A DNA stretch of 64,000 bases from NCBI GenBank assembly GCA_034189385.1, contig JAXHVD010000006.1, forward strand, positions 64,001-128,000. The letters are read 5' to 3'. The stretch comes from Thermodesulfobacteriota bacterium. GTDB lineage: Bacteria; Desulfobacterota; Desulfobacteria; Desulfobacterales; C00003060. The position numbers and the translations under genes are program-made. Below the pieces are notes generated by a model. It saw only the letters and a list, made by a program, of their open reading frames with translations. It was not told where the DNA came from and made no database searches. Shown here one piece after another: positions 9,744 through 20,663 of the stretch (positions are counted from its first letter, which is position 1; every line of letters starts with the position of its first letter).

Positions 9744-12197
9744 CTACATCATGTCCACCGGGTCGACATCCACGATCATGTTCACGGCACCCTTGCCCAT
9801 CTCCCGTTCGGCCCTAGCCTTAAGGACCCTGGTCAATCCATGTAACGGTGCCACCTTCAGTCCCTTCAGCAGGAGCTGCCATCGGTAGCGTTTTTTGAGT
9901 CTGGCCAAGGGGGCTGGCACAGGGCCCAATAGCCGCACTTCTTTCTTATAGGTCTTGTTCTCCCGTTGCAGCGCCCGACAGATTTCTCCCAGCCTTTGGG
10001 CATACCGGGCCGTCTGATCTCTGTCCCTTCCTGTTACCACAACCTGTACAAGGCGAGAATAGGGAGGATAGTAAAGCTCCCTGCGGTAGCCAATTTCACG
10101 CTCATAAAAGGCCGCGTAATCTTGATGACTTGCCGTGACGATACAGAAGTGCTCAGGATTAAAGGTTTGAAGTATCACACGCCCTTGTCGATCCCCCCGG
10201 CCTGCACGGCCTGCCACTTGGGCCAAGAGCTGAAAGGTGCGCTCTCCTGCCCGAAAATCAGGAAAGTTCAGGGAAAGGTCGGCACAAAGGATTCCCACCA
10301 GCGTGATTTTCGGGTAGTGATGTCCCTTTGCCACCATCTGGGTCCCCACCAGGATGTCGATGGCGCCTTCCCTTAAAGCCTTTAAGATCTTTACCAATGC
10401 CCCTTTTCGGACTGTCGTGTCCCGGTCTATTCGAGCCACTTCGGCTTTAGGGAAGACGGCCTTGACTTCGGCCTCCACCCTTTCTGTGCCAAGTCCAAGG
10501 AGTTTGATCTTGGAGCTGCCGCAGACCTGACAGCCCACTGTCTGAGCACAAGTGTAGCCGCAGTAGTGGCACCTGAAGGCATTGGCCTCCCGGTGGAGTG
10601 TCATGGTAATATCGCAATTCTTGCACCGAACAGGAACTCCGCAGCAACTGCACGTCGGGCAATTGGCAAAACCGCGGCGGTTTAGAAAAAGGAGAACCTG
10701 TTCCCTCCGGCCCAGGGTCTCGGAAATGGCGTCCTTGAGTTCTTGCGTTATAAAGGGCTTTGTCCGATGGGAGCCTTCTGTCTGGCGAAGATCTACAACG
10801 TGCACCTCTGGTAGGACCTGGTCTTCTATCCGTTTCCAGAGATGGAGGCCTTGAAACTTCTTCTCTTGCACATTGTAGTATGACTGCACCGATGGCGTTG
10901 CTGATCCAAGAAGGGCAACGGCTCCTTCCAGCTTGGCCCGAACCACAGCTAGATCCCGTGCGTGATAGCGCAGTCCCCCTGAGGCGGATTTATACGAGTC
11001 GTCGTGTTCCTCATCTACGATGACAAGACCCAAGTGATCAAAGGGCGAAAAGATGGCAGAGCGGGCCCCAATAGCCACCTTGGCCTCCTTGCGCACGATG
11101 CGCATCCACTGGTCAAAGCGTTCACCTTCGCTCAGCCCACTGTGGAGCAAGGCGATACAATCGCCGAAACGGGCTCGAAAGAGCCGTTCCGTCTGAGATA
11201 TCAAGGCGATCTCCGGAACCAGCACCAGGGCTTCGTACCCTTTATCCAAGGCTGCCGCCACGGCTGCCATGTAGACCTCTGTCTTGCCACTTCCCGTAAT
11301 ACCGTCAAGCAGATAGGCCTGAAAACCCTTGTCAAGCCCTTCCACCACCGTGGTGACCACTCTATCCTGCTCCTTGGTGAGGACCGGTGCGTTGGAGCTC
11401 GGTTCAATGGCCTCACCAAAGGGATCTCGATATACCTGCCGTTCAAAGAGATCCAGAAAACCGTCGGCAGCCATCTTCTTGACCAGACGTCCGGCCGACG
11501 GGACCTGGACTTTGAGGTCCCTTATGGAGATCTCGCCGAAATCGTCAATGATCCCCAGAATCTTACGCCGAGCCTGTGAAAGGGACCCGGCATACGGACC
11601 GTCTGCCACCGCTTTTAGATATCGTTCTTTCTTTGGCCGAACTCTCCCTGGCTGCACCCTCCGCTCCCTCATAATCCAGCCTGCCCGTTCCAGGCTACGA
11701 AGAGCTGTGTAAGGCACTTCTCTGTCCAGTGCCCTGGAGAGTCTGGATCGCCCCATAGGTCCTCGATTCAATAGGGTTTCAAGCAATTGCCGATCATGGC
11801 GCTCCATGGGAGAATCGACCAAAGCAGACTTACCTTGTTCGGTAATCCGCAGCCTCGTTACTTGGGTCATGTTAAGCCCACCAGGTAGGGCTGCCTTCAC
11901 CACTTCCCCAATGGGATAGAGATAGTAGTTTGCTATCCAACGAAAGAACCGTATCATGGAGGACGGAAAAAGAGGCTGGTCGTCCAGGATATCTGAGATG
12001 GATTTCACCCCTTCCTGGTCCGTGGTCTCAAGGAGGTCCAGGATGTAGCCCGTCACTTGGCGCACCCTGAAAGGGACTGTCACCCGCTTGCCCACCGCCG
12101 TCACGGCCCGAAAGGCTTCTGGTACCTCATAGGTGAAGGTTTTGGAAACAGGCAAAGCTACCGCCACTTCCACATATGGCTTGTCAGAACCGTGCAA
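9744..12197 (-). CDS. priA: Primosomal protein N'
   Basis: GITGSGKTEVY, DEEH, eight-Cys zinc region, GTQMVAKG, C-terminal DVDP. Confidence 0.97.
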   Translation of the reverse strand: MHGSDKPYVEVAVALPVSKTFTYEVPEAFRAVTAVGKRVTVPFRVRQVTGYILDLLETTDQEGVKSISDILDDQPLFPSSMIRFFRWIANYYLYPIGEVVKAALPGGLNMTQVTRLRITEQGKSALVDSPMERHDRQLLETLLNRGPMGRSRLSRALDREVPYTALRSLERAGWIMRERRVQPGRVRPKKERYLKAVADGPYAGSLSQARRKILGIIDDFGEISIRDLKVQVPSAGRLVKKMAADGFLDLFERQVYRDPFGEAIEPSSNAPVLTKEQDRVVTTVVEGLDKGFQAYLLDGITGSGKTEVYMAAVAAALDKGYEALVLVPEIALISQTERLFRARFGDCIALLHSGLSEGERFDQWMRIVRKEAKVAIGARSAIFSPFDHLGLVIVDEEHDDSYKSASGGLRYHARDLAVVRAKLEGAVALLGSATPSVQSYYNVQEKKFQGLHLWKRIEDQVLPEVHVVDLRQTEGSHRTKPFITQELKDAISETLGRREQVLLFLNRRGFANCPTCSCCGVPVRCKNCDITMTLHREANAFRCHYCGYTCAQTVGCQVCGSSKIKLLGLGTERVEAEVKAVFPKAEVARIDRDTTVRKGALVKILKALREGAIDILVGTQMVAKGHHYPKITLVGILCADLSLNFPDFRAGERTFQLLAQVAGRAGRGDRQGRVILQTFNPEHFCIVTASHQDYAAFYEREIGYRRELYYPPYSRLVQVVVTGRDRDQTARYAQRLGEICRALQRENKTYKKEVRLLGPVPAPLARLKKRYRWQLLLKGLKVAPLHGLTRVLKARAEREMGKGAVNMIVDVDPVDMM

Positions 12198-12493
12198 TTG
12201 GCCCTATTCCTTTTTTCTTGATCTGAAACCTTGAATTTAATATCAATGTGACCAGCATATTGCCATACAAAAAATGGCGGCGTGCAAGGAATGGCGAGTT
12301 GCTTGAAAGGGCCTGGCTAATGGAAAAGACCCCAGCCACCAGAGTGAAAGGAGGGAAACCTGCATGGAAGACGACCTGTGGCTGGGCCAGCAGGTCGCTG
12401 TAAGGACAATTGAAGATATGGGCAAGCAAGACGGGACATGCCGTCCTGTGAACAGTCACTGAGGAATCAGATCGGAGCTAAGAGGAGGTTCCA

Positions 12494-13207
12494 ATGCAAG
12501 AGTACACCATCCACCCCCTAGTCGTAGGGGCCAATGAGACTGACCAAGGGATTATGACGTATCTTCGGGATTATGGGCAAAGGATCTGGATTCCCATTTA
12601 TGTCTTCTACGTAGAAGGGGGGGACAAGACCATCCTGGTGGATACGGGGCTCGAGCAGTTTGTGGTGCCCGATGAGGTAGGAGAGACTTACGGTTTCAAG
12701 GTCCTTGAGTTTGAAGATGCCCTTGCCTCGGTGGGGCTCAAACCTGAAGACGTTGATGTCATCGTTCATACTCACCTTCACAACGATCACTGCGAAAACG
12801 ATTACAAGTGCTCCAATGCCAAGGTCTACGTTCAGAAGGCTGAAATGGATTTCTTCAGGAACCCCCATCCCATTGATCATAGGTATTACCCAGACGTATT
12901 AGATGGAGTCGATGTGGTAGAGGTGGAAGGGGATGCCAACATCTTGGACGGAATCGACGTGATCTTCAGCCCGGGACATACCGTTGGTGGGCAATCGGTG
13001 GCTGTGAATACTTCCAAAGGCAAGGCCATTATCACCGGCTTCTGCTGCAACGACAAGAATTTCCCTGCCTCCGGGCCCGCTATCGCGCCAGGGGTACATA
13101 TCGACGTGAGGGAGGCCTACGACAGCATTCAGAAGATCAAGGAGATGGCCGATATCCTGATCCCACTTCACGATCTTTCCGTGGGGCGGATGGAAACCAT
13201 CCCCTAA
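12494..13207 (+). CDS. N-acyl homoserine lactonase-family metallo-beta-lactamase fold hydrolase
   Basis: LVDTG, HTHLHNDH, PGHT and IPLHD motifs; AGAGGAGG RBS. Confidence 0.85.
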   Translation: MQEYTIHPLVVGANETDQGIMTYLRDYGQRIWIPIYVFYVEGGDKTILVDTGLEQFVVPDEVGETYGFKVLEFEDALASVGLKPEDVDVIVHTHLHNDHCENDYKCSNAKVYVQKAEMDFFRNPHPIDHRYYPDVLDGVDVVEVEGDANILDGIDVIFSPGHTVGGQSVAVNTSKGKAIITGFCCNDKNFPASGPAIAPGVHIDVREAYDSIQKIKEMADILIPLHDLSVGRMETIP

Positions 13208-13302
13208 GGGGCGTTGCACGGAAAAAAAGAATCTTACTTATCATGGCTGTCTTCTGCCCCATTTCCGTATCATCTTGAGTGCCGGAAACAGGCGACAGTG
13301 CA

Positions 13303-15453
13303 TCAACTCATGGGGTGGTCCTGGCTACCTGCGTTTTTAGATAAGTCCCCTTCTATAGTGGTCCACCTCTTGACCTTTTCTAGCAGCTCTGCGGGCTCTA
13401 TAGGCTTGGGTGTATAGTCATCCATGCCGGCCTCAAGGCAGCGCTCTTTGTCTCCTTTCATGGCATGGGCGGTCACGGCCACGATGGGAACTCCGTGATT
13501 GCGGACTGCGGATTGCGGATTGCGGATTCGAGCGGTAGCCTCCAGGCCGTCCATCTCCGGCATCTGAACATCCATCAGCACAAGGTCATAAGGAGCCGTT
13601 TCAAGCGCCTTAATTGCTTCATGGCCGTTGGCCACTGCATCGGCTCGGTAGCCAAAATTCTTCAGCATATGAAGTGCCACCTTCTGGTTGACCATATTGT
13701 CCTCGGCAACCAGTATTCGAATCTTGCGCTTCCGGTCTTCAGCAATAGAATGCCTGGTGACGAGGGTCTCTCTGGACATGTCTTTTCCTACTGCTTTTCT
13801 GCCGACCACTGTTGTAAGGCAGTCAAACAGCTCTGACCCCTTAACAGGCTTGGTAAGGTAGGCAGCAAAACCGATCTCCTTTGTCCGGGCTGCACCACCA
13901 GGCTCAGCAACAGAGGTCAGCATGACGAGAATAGTACCTTCAAGATCAGGATCTTCCTTTATCTTACGTCCCAGCGTCTCACCGTCCATCTCCGGCATTT
14001 GCACATCCAGGATAGCGATGTCAAAAGGCCCCCCCTCTGCCACCGCCTGGCGGAGCTTGTCCAGGGCCACTGCCCCCCCTTGAGCCTCATCAGAATGGCA
14101 ATACCAAGACCTGAGTTGCTCTCTCAGAACGAGACGGTTCGTAGCATTGTCATCCACCACCAGAATCCGTTTTCCTCGAATCTCCTCGGGAACCACCTTC
14201 ACCTCACGGCCTTGCCCCTGTTTTTCCAGGGTCGCCGTGAACCAGAACGCAGACCCTTTGCCTTCCTCGCTTTTCACGCCAATGTGACCGCCCAACATCT
14301 GGGTGAGATCCTTAGAGATGACCAACCCTAGACCTGTCCCGCCATACTTGCGTGTAGTAGAACCGTCCACCTGCGTAAATGGCTGAAAAAGACGGCCCAA
14401 TCGATTCACGGGTATCCCAATGCCTGTATCGGAGACTTCAAAGCGAATGGTTGCCTCTTTGTCGTCCTCCTCATCGACCGTAACCCGTATCACCACCTCG
14501 CCCTTTTCCGTAAACTTAATGGCGTTATTGACAAGATTCATGAGGACCTGGCGCAATCTTCCGGGGTCACCCTTTACCAGGGCAGGCACATCATGTTGGA
14601 TGAGGAGAACAAGTTCGAGGCCTTTTTTGACAGCTCCCAGAGCCAGAACACCCATCACATCTTCAACCGTCATCCTCAGGTCAAAGTCCATGATTTCAAG
14701 GTCTAGTTTTCCGGCCTCGATCTTTGAGTAATCCAGGATGTCGTTGATCACCGTAAGGAGAGAATCGGCGCTGGCGCTTATTGCCTCGGCATACTGACGC
14801 TGTCCAGAAGTCAATTCGGTATCCAGTAATAGGCCACTCATGCCGATGACACCGTTTATTGGCGTACGAATCTCGTGGCTCATGTTGGCAAGGAACTCGG
14901 TTTTGGCGTCATTGGCAGCCTCGGCTTTACTGGCCATCTCTTCGGCTTGGATAATAGCATCCTTAAGCTGCCTGTTTGTTGCCATCAATTCTCGGTTGGT
15001 GGCCTCCCCTTGCTCATTGGCCTTTTTAAGGGCCTCTGTCATCCGTCTGTTCTCAAGTGCCAGGTTGAAATGATCAAAGGCCCTGGCAATGGTTCCTCTT
15101 ACCCCTTCAGATGACCAAGGCTTGGTGAGATAGCCGAAGATTTGGAGACGGTTGATGGCAGCCATAGCGTTCTCCAGGCTCCCGTAGGCGGTGAGGATGA
15201 TCCGGACCACATCAGGTTTGCGTTCCCTAACGCCTTCGAGAAAGGTGATCCCATCCATCTTCGGCATCCGTTGGTCCGCCAGGACTACGCCAATGTCATG
15301 GGTTTCAAGCACTTCAAGACCAGCGTTTCCTGAATATGCGCTGAAGATGTTGTACCCTTGGGATTGCAGGTCCCGCCTCAAGCTGCTGACAGTGTTGGGT
15401 TCATCATCTACGATGAGTAGATTCCTGTTTTTTGCCCGATCATGATTAGACAT
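13303..15453 (-). CDS. Cytoplasmic hybrid histidine kinase (REC-HisKA-HATPase-REC-REC)
   Basis: [13 protein letters not shown]-box, N/G/F boxes, three receiver domains; GGAGG RBS before MSNHD. Confidence 0.93.
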   Translation of the reverse strand: MSNHDRAKNRNLLIVDDEPNTVSSLRRDLQSQGYNIFSAYSGNAGLEVLETHDIGVVLADQRMPKMDGITFLEGVRERKPDVVRIILTAYGSLENAMAAINRLQIFGYLTKPWSSEGVRGTIARAFDHFNLALENRRMTEALKKANEQGEATNRELMATNRQLKDAIIQAEEMASKAEAANDAKTEFLANMSHEIRTPINGVIGMSGLLLDTELTSGQRQYAEAISASADSLLTVINDILDYSKIEAGKLDLEIMDFDLRMTVEDVMGVLALGAVKKGLELVLLIQHDVPALVKGDPGRLRQVLMNLVNNAIKFTEKGEVVIRVTVDEEDDKEATIRFEVSDTGIGIPVNRLGRLFQPFTQVDGSTTRKYGGTGLGLVISKDLTQMLGGHIGVKSEEGKGSAFWFTATLEKQGQGREVKVVPEEIRGKRILVVDDNATNRLVLREQLRSWYCHSDEAQGGAVALDKLRQAVAEGGPFDIAILDVQMPEMDGETLGRKIKEDPDLEGTILVMLTSVAEPGGAARTKEIGFAAYLTKPVKGSELFDCLTTVVGRKAVGKDMSRETLVTRHSIAEDRKRKIRILVAEDNMVNQKVALHMLKNFGYRADAVANGHEAIKALETAPYDLVLMDVQMPEMDGLEATARIRNPQSAVRNHGVPIVAVTAHAMKGDKERCLEAGMDDYTPKPIEPAELLEKVKRWTTIEGDLSKNAGSQDHPMS
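13497..13528. repeat. In-frame 7-bp tandem repeat (GATTGCG x ~4.5)
   Basis: gattgcg gactgcg gattgcg gattgcg gatt, encoding [11 protein letters not shown] inside the last REC domain. Confidence 0.8.
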
Positions 15454-15604
15454 CTCCACCTCCTGGTCACGTTCTATCCCGCTACTTGGAAGACCGATGG
15501 AGCCCACTGACAGAGCCTGGATCTTCTCTCTACGCCTGGACACCCAAGTACAGGCACAACTCTAATGGATGAATTGGACAACATCAAAAAGGGAGATTAA
15601 AAGA

Positions 15605-15620
15605 GCAAAGAGCATGCCAA
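15605..15620 (-). promoter_or_regulatory. sigma54 -24/-12 promoter of the hybrid kinase
   Basis: TTGGCATGCTCTTTGC matches TGGCAY-N5-TTGC about 150 nt upstream of the start. Confidence 0.7.
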
Positions 15621-15796
15621 CGAGACCACCTTTGGCGGCAAGACACAACCACCTAGAATCGTTCTAAATTAGTGAAGAGGCCCCTGCCCATCCATCTCAA
15701 GGTGACAAAACGTTACAATATTGCCGCTGGTGGTGTCATTTTGCCGACACGGTTTTAGATACAAAAAAACCCTGGCACAACTCTCCCTAACGTTCA

Positions 15797-15873
15797 TTGT
15801 GGACTTTTTGGGGTACCCCTTCCCGACTCCGTCGGAATGAGCGGGTCGCCCTGGCGAATCAAAAAGTCTACAA
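15797..15873. repeat. Inverted-repeat element
   Basis: TTGTGGACTTTTTG / CAAAAAGTCTACAA (13 of 14 match) enclosing an inner hairpin. Confidence 0.6.
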
Positions 15874-16051
15874 AACCAAGTAAGAAGGGATGGCACAGCT
15901 CCAAAGGCAAGAGGTTGGCGCACCGATCATGAATGGAGTAAGTGTTGCCGGGCAGAAAATGATCCCTGGCACGGGACAATCAAGTGCCGGGACCCCTCCG
16001 AGCTGCATGGTGGCTCCTGCGAGAGAAGAAGCTTATCGTGGAATGTCCTGA

Positions 16052-16396
16052 TCAACAGCTTAGGTGAAACCCTGCTACAACCTTCTTGCCCTCTTTAGAA
16101 AGCCGATTGTAAGAGTGACAGGCCGCTTCTGTTTTCTCCACCAGGACACGGATACCACGCCTCTTGAGGGCAGAGGTCACTGCCTCAGATACCCTGAGAG
16201 CGCCATAGGCCCCGGTGCCGAAGATGCAGACCTTTGCATCACTACTGAGCAGATCCTTCACATCTTCCAGCCCCACATGGTGGCCCTTTGAACGCCACCA
16301 ATCGGGTATGACACTGTTACCAATCAGCTTGACGTCGTTTCGGTATGCCTTGCCGTCGATCTGGATATGACCAAAGCGGTAGGATTGGATCTCCAT
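16052..16396 (-). CDS. Mth938-like domain protein
   Basis: IQSYRFGHIQIDG...GTG...T..AC..YN...FHLSC pattern. Confidence 0.85.
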   Translation of the reverse strand: MEIQSYRFGHIQIDGKAYRNDVKLIGNSVIPDWWRSKGHHVGLEDVKDLLSSDAKVCIFGTGAYGALRVSEAVTSALKRRGIRVLVEKTEAACHSYNRLSKEGKKVVAGFHLSC

Positions 16397-16697
16397 GAGA
16401 AATCCTTCGAGTCTCAGTGGCTCTCACCTGCTGAATGGGCCCACTGAATAATACCGGCCCTTCCAGATACCTCTCGAAGCCTCATATTCCACATCATGAT
16501 ATCATACTGCTTTCAAGCTGGCAACTGCACGCCTGCACCCTGTGGCATGATCAAGATTGGAAGTTGAACGGGTTAGAATAGTTGCGGCAAAAGGGTATGT
16601 TAAAAAATGTAAGATCGGGACTTGCCCCTGCTTGAAGTCTCGGCCTTTGAATATTTGATGTTGTGGCGGCCTGCCATGCTTGAGGCTGCACCAACCC

Positions 16698-17120
16698 CTA
16701 CATCTTGTAGAGCCTCTCGTCATAAAGATTGATCCAGTTCTCCTTCAAGACCCTGGCGGCCTCCCCTGTCTTGTCAACCTCTAAGATCAACACCGTAGCT
16801 TCCATTTGGATGCAAGGATAGACGTGGTGAATATTGATCTTTTCCAACGCAAGGATTCTCAAAATGGTGTTCAATCCACCTGGGTGGCTAGGAACCTGGG
16901 CAGCGATAACATCCACGGTCTCCGCCTTGAGACCAAGGCCGGTCAATGCGGAGACCGCCCCATCGGGGTCACTTGTAATGAGGCGCAGGGTCGCCTTTTT
17001 CTTTTCAGCCCCAACCCAAAAGCCGTGGACTTTCACGTCATTTTCGTGGAGATGACCGATAATTGCCGCAAGCTCCCCAGTCCTGTTCTGGACCTTCATT
17101 ACAAGTTCTTTAATCGTCAT
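16698..17120 (-). CDS. Tandem ACT domain protein
   Basis: NRTGELA and HPGGL ACT repeats; last gene of the oxidoreductase operon. Confidence 0.8.
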   Translation of the reverse strand: MTIKELVMKVQNRTGELAAIIGHLHENDVKVHGFWVGAEKKKATLRLITSDPDGAVSALTGLGLKAETVDVIAAQVPSHPGGLNTILRILALEKINIHHVYPCIQMEATVLILEVDKTGEAARVLKENWINLYDERLYKM

Positions 17121-17167
17121 GACAAACCTGCCCTCTTGTGTCACCTTCCCACGTGGACCTTTCGCCC

Positions 17168-17722
17168 TCATTCGTTGCCTTGCCTTTCCATAAAGGCAGC
17201 CCCTTCCTTAAGGGCCAAGGTGTTCATTTTGTGTATTTTTGATCCCTTTGCGGCAAAAATATCTTTTACGCTTTTCAAGATAGACTTCAATGAAACCACC
17301 CCGGTCTTCTGGGCAAAGGCCCCGATCATCACCATGTTGGCACCACGGAGATTGCCCAATTCGCTGGCAATCGTATTGACCGGTATAGACACAAATTCCA
17401 CATCCGCCCTTTTCGGCTTCAGATCTACGAGATCCTTGTTCAAGAAAACCGTCCCCCCTGGCTTCACCCTTCCTTCAAACCTGACAAGAGAAGGCGTGTT
17501 CATGAGCACCGCAAAATTCGGAAAAGAGGCCACAGGAGAGGCAATGGGCTCGTCGCTCACTGTAATGGTGCAGTTTGCTGTTCCCCCTCTCACTTCCGCT
17601 CCGTAGGAAGGCAGATAGGTCACATGCTTGTCTTCATGCATGCCTGCTGAAGCGAGAACGTACCCCATCATGAGGACCCCTTGTCCTCCAAAGCCTGAGA
17701 ATATGGTCCTGTTCATAGCCAT
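17168..17722 (-). CDS. 2-oxoacid:ferredoxin oxidoreductase gamma subunit
   Basis: SGFGGQG, PSYGAEVRGG and ANMVMIGA motifs. Confidence 0.93.
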   Translation of the reverse strand: MAMNRTIFSGFGGQGVLMMGYVLASAGMHEDKHVTYLPSYGAEVRGGTANCTITVSDEPIASPVASFPNFAVLMNTPSLVRFEGRVKPGGTVFLNKDLVDLKPKRADVEFVSIPVNTIASELGNLRGANMVMIGAFAQKTGVVSLKSILKSVKDIFAAKGSKIHKMNTLALKEGAAFMERQGNE

Positions 17723-17781
17723 TGTCTAAGAAAATCTCCCACGACTCTTTTTCTTGGTCCGCCTTTTCTTTTTTCGTCCAT

Positions 17782-18534
17782 TCAATTTGCGGTCTGAGTC
17801 ATATCCTTGATCACTTTAAGAGGGTAGTTTTTGACAACCTCTTCCTCCACCCTTTTACAGGCATCAACCGATGAAAGCTTCCAGTTTGTGGGACAGGGAG
17901 ACAAGACCTCCACCAGGGCAAAGCCCAGATCGTCTATCTGCACCTGAAATGCCTTCTTCAGAGCCTTTTTGGTCCTGATGACATTTTTGGGTGACGTCAC
18001 GGAGGTCCTCTCTATGTAAACGCTTCCCGCCGCCACAGCCAACATCTGACTCAGGTCCAAGGGATATCCATCGCGAAGGGCGATTCTCCCGCCTGGTGTG
18101 GTCGTGGTGGTTTGCCCCAGCACCGTCGTAGGCGCCATCTGCCCCCCAGTCATGCCGTAGCACCCGTTGTTGACAAAAATAACGGTTAAACGCTCACCCC
18201 GGTTGGCCGCATGTATGGTTTCAGCCGTACCAATGGCAGCAATATCCCCATCGCCCTGATAGGTAAAGACCACAAGATCAGGACGGGCACGTTTTATTCC
18301 TGTGGCCACGGCAACGGCCCGTCCGTGAGGGGCCTCTCCCATGTCGACGCGAAGATAATCATAGGCCAGGACGGCACATCCGGCAGGCGGGACGCCCACG
18401 GTACTTTCGCGAATTCCCAATTCGTCGATGACCTCAGCCACAAGCCGATGAATGATACTGTGCCCGCATCCCGGACAATAATGAAAGACCTTGTCCCCCA
18501 GCGCCTCTGGTCTTTTAAATACCTGTTTAGCCAT
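17782..18534 (-). CDS. 2-oxoacid:ferredoxin oxidoreductase beta subunit (TPP-binding, VOR type)
   Basis: [23 protein letters not shown] and SPCPTNW motifs. Confidence 0.93.
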   Translation of the reverse strand: MAKQVFKRPEALGDKVFHYCPGCGHSIIHRLVAEVIDELGIRESTVGVPPAGCAVLAYDYLRVDMGEAPHGRAVAVATGIKRARPDLVVFTYQGDGDIAAIGTAETIHAANRGERLTVIFVNNGCYGMTGGQMAPTTVLGQTTTTTPGGRIALRDGYPLDLSQMLAVAAGSVYIERTSVTSPKNVIRTKKALKKAFQVQIDDLGFALVEVLSPCPTNWKLSSVDACKRVEEEVVKNYPLKVIKDMTQTAN

Positions 18535-18638
18535 GGAGATTATTCTCCTCTTCTCCCATCTATAGATTAAGACCGGCGCCTTACGCCATTGTCTAGGGCT
18601 TCACACGCTGCACACAGGGCCCAGTAGCCCTTTGGTCT

Positions 18639-19724
18639 TTATCTTCCATCCAACCCATACCTATACATGAGCCTGGTGATGGCATCTGCTATCTCGCGGG
18701 GTGTAGATATGATGCCCCCCGGCCTGCCGTAAAAGTGAACCGTAGCCTGCTCCCCCACGCTCATTCTAACGTCTTCCACCATTTGACCGGCATTCATCTC
18801 AAAGACCAGGACATGCTTGATCCTTTCGGTTAAGGTCCTGAGTTCCTTCTCAGGAAAGGGCCACAGGCTGATGGGTCGAAAAACGCCCGCCTTTAAACCC
18901 GCCTCACGCAGACGATTGACAGCCCCCTTTGCGATACGGGCTGCCGTACCAAAGGCCACCACAGCCAGCTCCGCATCGTCGAGAAGATAGGGTTCATGCT
19001 CGGTCTCGCGCTCACAGATGGCGGCGTACTTCCTGGCCAGCTTCCAGTTGTGTTGCTCCATCTTGACCGGGTCTAGTCTCAACGAGGCAATCAGCCGGCT
19101 CTCCCTTCCTTTTGCGCCATCCAGACGCCAATCCTTCTGAGGAAGAGTAGCCGGGTCAATGGGATCAGGAAATATCACAGGCTCCATCATCTGGCCCATG
19201 AGACCATCCCCCAAAAGGATCACCGGCATGCGGTAGCGGTCGGCCAAATCAAAGGCCTTCATCGTGAGCGTCACCAACTCCTGCCCCGAGTGTGGGGCCA
19301 AGACAATGGTGCGATACCCTCCATGCCCACCGGCCCTGGTGGCCTGGAAATAGTCCTGTTGGCCTGGGGCAATGTTGCCAAGGCCGGGACCACCGCGCAT
19401 GACATTTACAATCACCGCCGGCAGTTCCATGCCCGCAATATAGGAGATCCCTTCTTGCTTCAGGCTGATCCCTGGACTGGACGACGATGTCATGGCCCGC
19501 GTACCGGTCATGCTGGCCCCCATGACCATATTGATGGCAGCCAACTCGCTTTCGGCTTGGATGAAGGTGGCGTCCTCCATCTTGGCAAACCGCCCGGATA
19601 CGTATTCGGGAACCTCGTTTTGCGGTGTGATGGGATACCCCGCATAGAAACGGCATCCGGCCACAATGGCTGCCTCTCCGATCACGTGACTGCCACGCAT
19701 GAGTCGCTTCTTTTGTTTAGCCAC
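18639..19724 (-). CDS. vorB: 2-oxoacid:ferredoxin oxidoreductase alpha subunit (2-oxoisovalerate type)
   Basis: GYPITPQ, QAESE, TSSSSPGISLKQEG and RGGPGLG motifs. Confidence 0.9.
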   Translation of the reverse strand: MAKQKKRLMRGSHVIGEAAIVAGCRFYAGYPITPQNEVPEYVSGRFAKMEDATFIQAESELAAINMVMGASMTGTRAMTSSSSPGISLKQEGISYIAGMELPAVIVNVMRGGPGLGNIAPGQQDYFQATRAGGHGGYRTIVLAPHSGQELVTLTMKAFDLADRYRMPVILLGDGLMGQMMEPVIFPDPIDPATLPQKDWRLDGAKGRESRLIASLRLDPVKMEQHNWKLARKYAAICERETEHEPYLLDDAELAVVAFGTAARIAKGAVNRLREAGLKAGVFRPISLWPFPEKELRTLTERIKHVLVFEMNAGQMVEDVRMSVGEQATVHFYGRPGGIISTPREIADAITRLMYRYGLDGR

Positions 19725-19950
19725 GGAACACCTCTATGGCAACTTCAGGGCACATAATGGCACAAAGCGCACATCCTGTGCATTTGCGCTTCTTACTCTT
19801 TTCACTCTCCGTGTATTCGGCAGGATGATACCCTTTGACATTCAGCCCATTGCTTATCTTGATAGATCCCTTGGGGCACGCCTCGATGCAAAGACCGCAT
19901 CCCTTACACAGATCTCTGTTGATCCTGATAAAGCCCTTCTTCAACTCCAC
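19717..19950 (-). CDS. 2[4Fe-4S] ferredoxin (delta subunit)
   Basis: Two CxxCxxCxxxCP motifs; GTG start after an AGAGGGG RBS. Confidence 0.9.
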   Translation of the reverse strand: MELKKGFIRINRDLCKGCGLCIEACPKGSIKISNGLNVKGYHPAEYTESEKSKKRKCTGCALCAIMCPEVAIEVFRG

Positions 19951-20136
19951 ATCCCCTCTGAGAGTCATCAATAAAAATGGAACCATAAGACCCAGTTGCC
20001 CTATGTGTCAAGGGAAATTCCGGTAAACAAGAACAAATGTACCGGCTGCTATAGACAGTAGCATGGAGATACGTAGTTCAAGGCATCAGGCTTGACTATT
20101 TGGATGAAAATTCGATTCTCGATTTCCAAGGCGAGA

Positions 20137-20255
20137 TTGAACCCTCCCCGCGGCAAGCCACGGGGAATCTTCACCGCAAGGATGTTGTCATTTTAACTAT
20201 ACACTCGCTAACCCCGCCGCAAGCAGCGGGGAATGCGCTCGCTTATTCGGTTCAA
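20137..20255. mobile_element. Non-autonomous palindromic element (REP/PATE-like), copy 1
   Basis: TTGAACC/GGTTCAA ends; two CCCCG...GCAAGC...CGGGGAAT hairpins; second copy at 48868-49010. Confidence 0.7.
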
Positions 20256-20317
20256 ACACTTCTTGGCAGGAAATTCGTTGACAACCCGTGCCGGACATTG
20301 TACCTAGACGGCATATA

Positions 20318-20485
20318 GGCTCAGGTGCTCGTCTGGAGCTTAAAAGGAAACCCCGTGTGAGTCGGGGGCGGGCCCGCCGCTGTGATCGGGGACGAAAGCC
20401 GCACAATGCCACTGATCTGTCCTTGAGCGGATCGGGAAGGCGTGGCAAGTAGGATGATCCGATAGTCAGAAGACCTGCCTGGCCC
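20318..20485 (+). ncRNA. Cobalamin riboswitch (btuB leader)
   Basis: GGTGC...AAAAGGAA...GCCCGCCGCTGT...GCCACTG...GGGAAGG...AGTCAGAAGACCTGCC B12-box. Confidence 0.95.
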
Positions 20486-20546
20486 AAAGGGTGCCCTTCG
20501 CGGATTGAGGCAGGCCCATAGGTTTCGAGGATCAAACAGGGATATC

Positions 20547-20579
20547 CCCGGATCGATTTATTCGGTCCGGGTTTTTTTT
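20547..20579 (+). terminator. Riboswitch expression-platform terminator
   Basis: CCCGGATCGA/TCGGTCCGGG stem followed by T8, before btuB. Confidence 0.85.
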
Positions 20580-20663
20580 GGGGTGCCGTGTAAAGATCTG
20601 GAAAATAATGTCGACTCTGGGCTGCCCCTTGCACATTTACTTTGAACATTTTAAGAAATTAAT

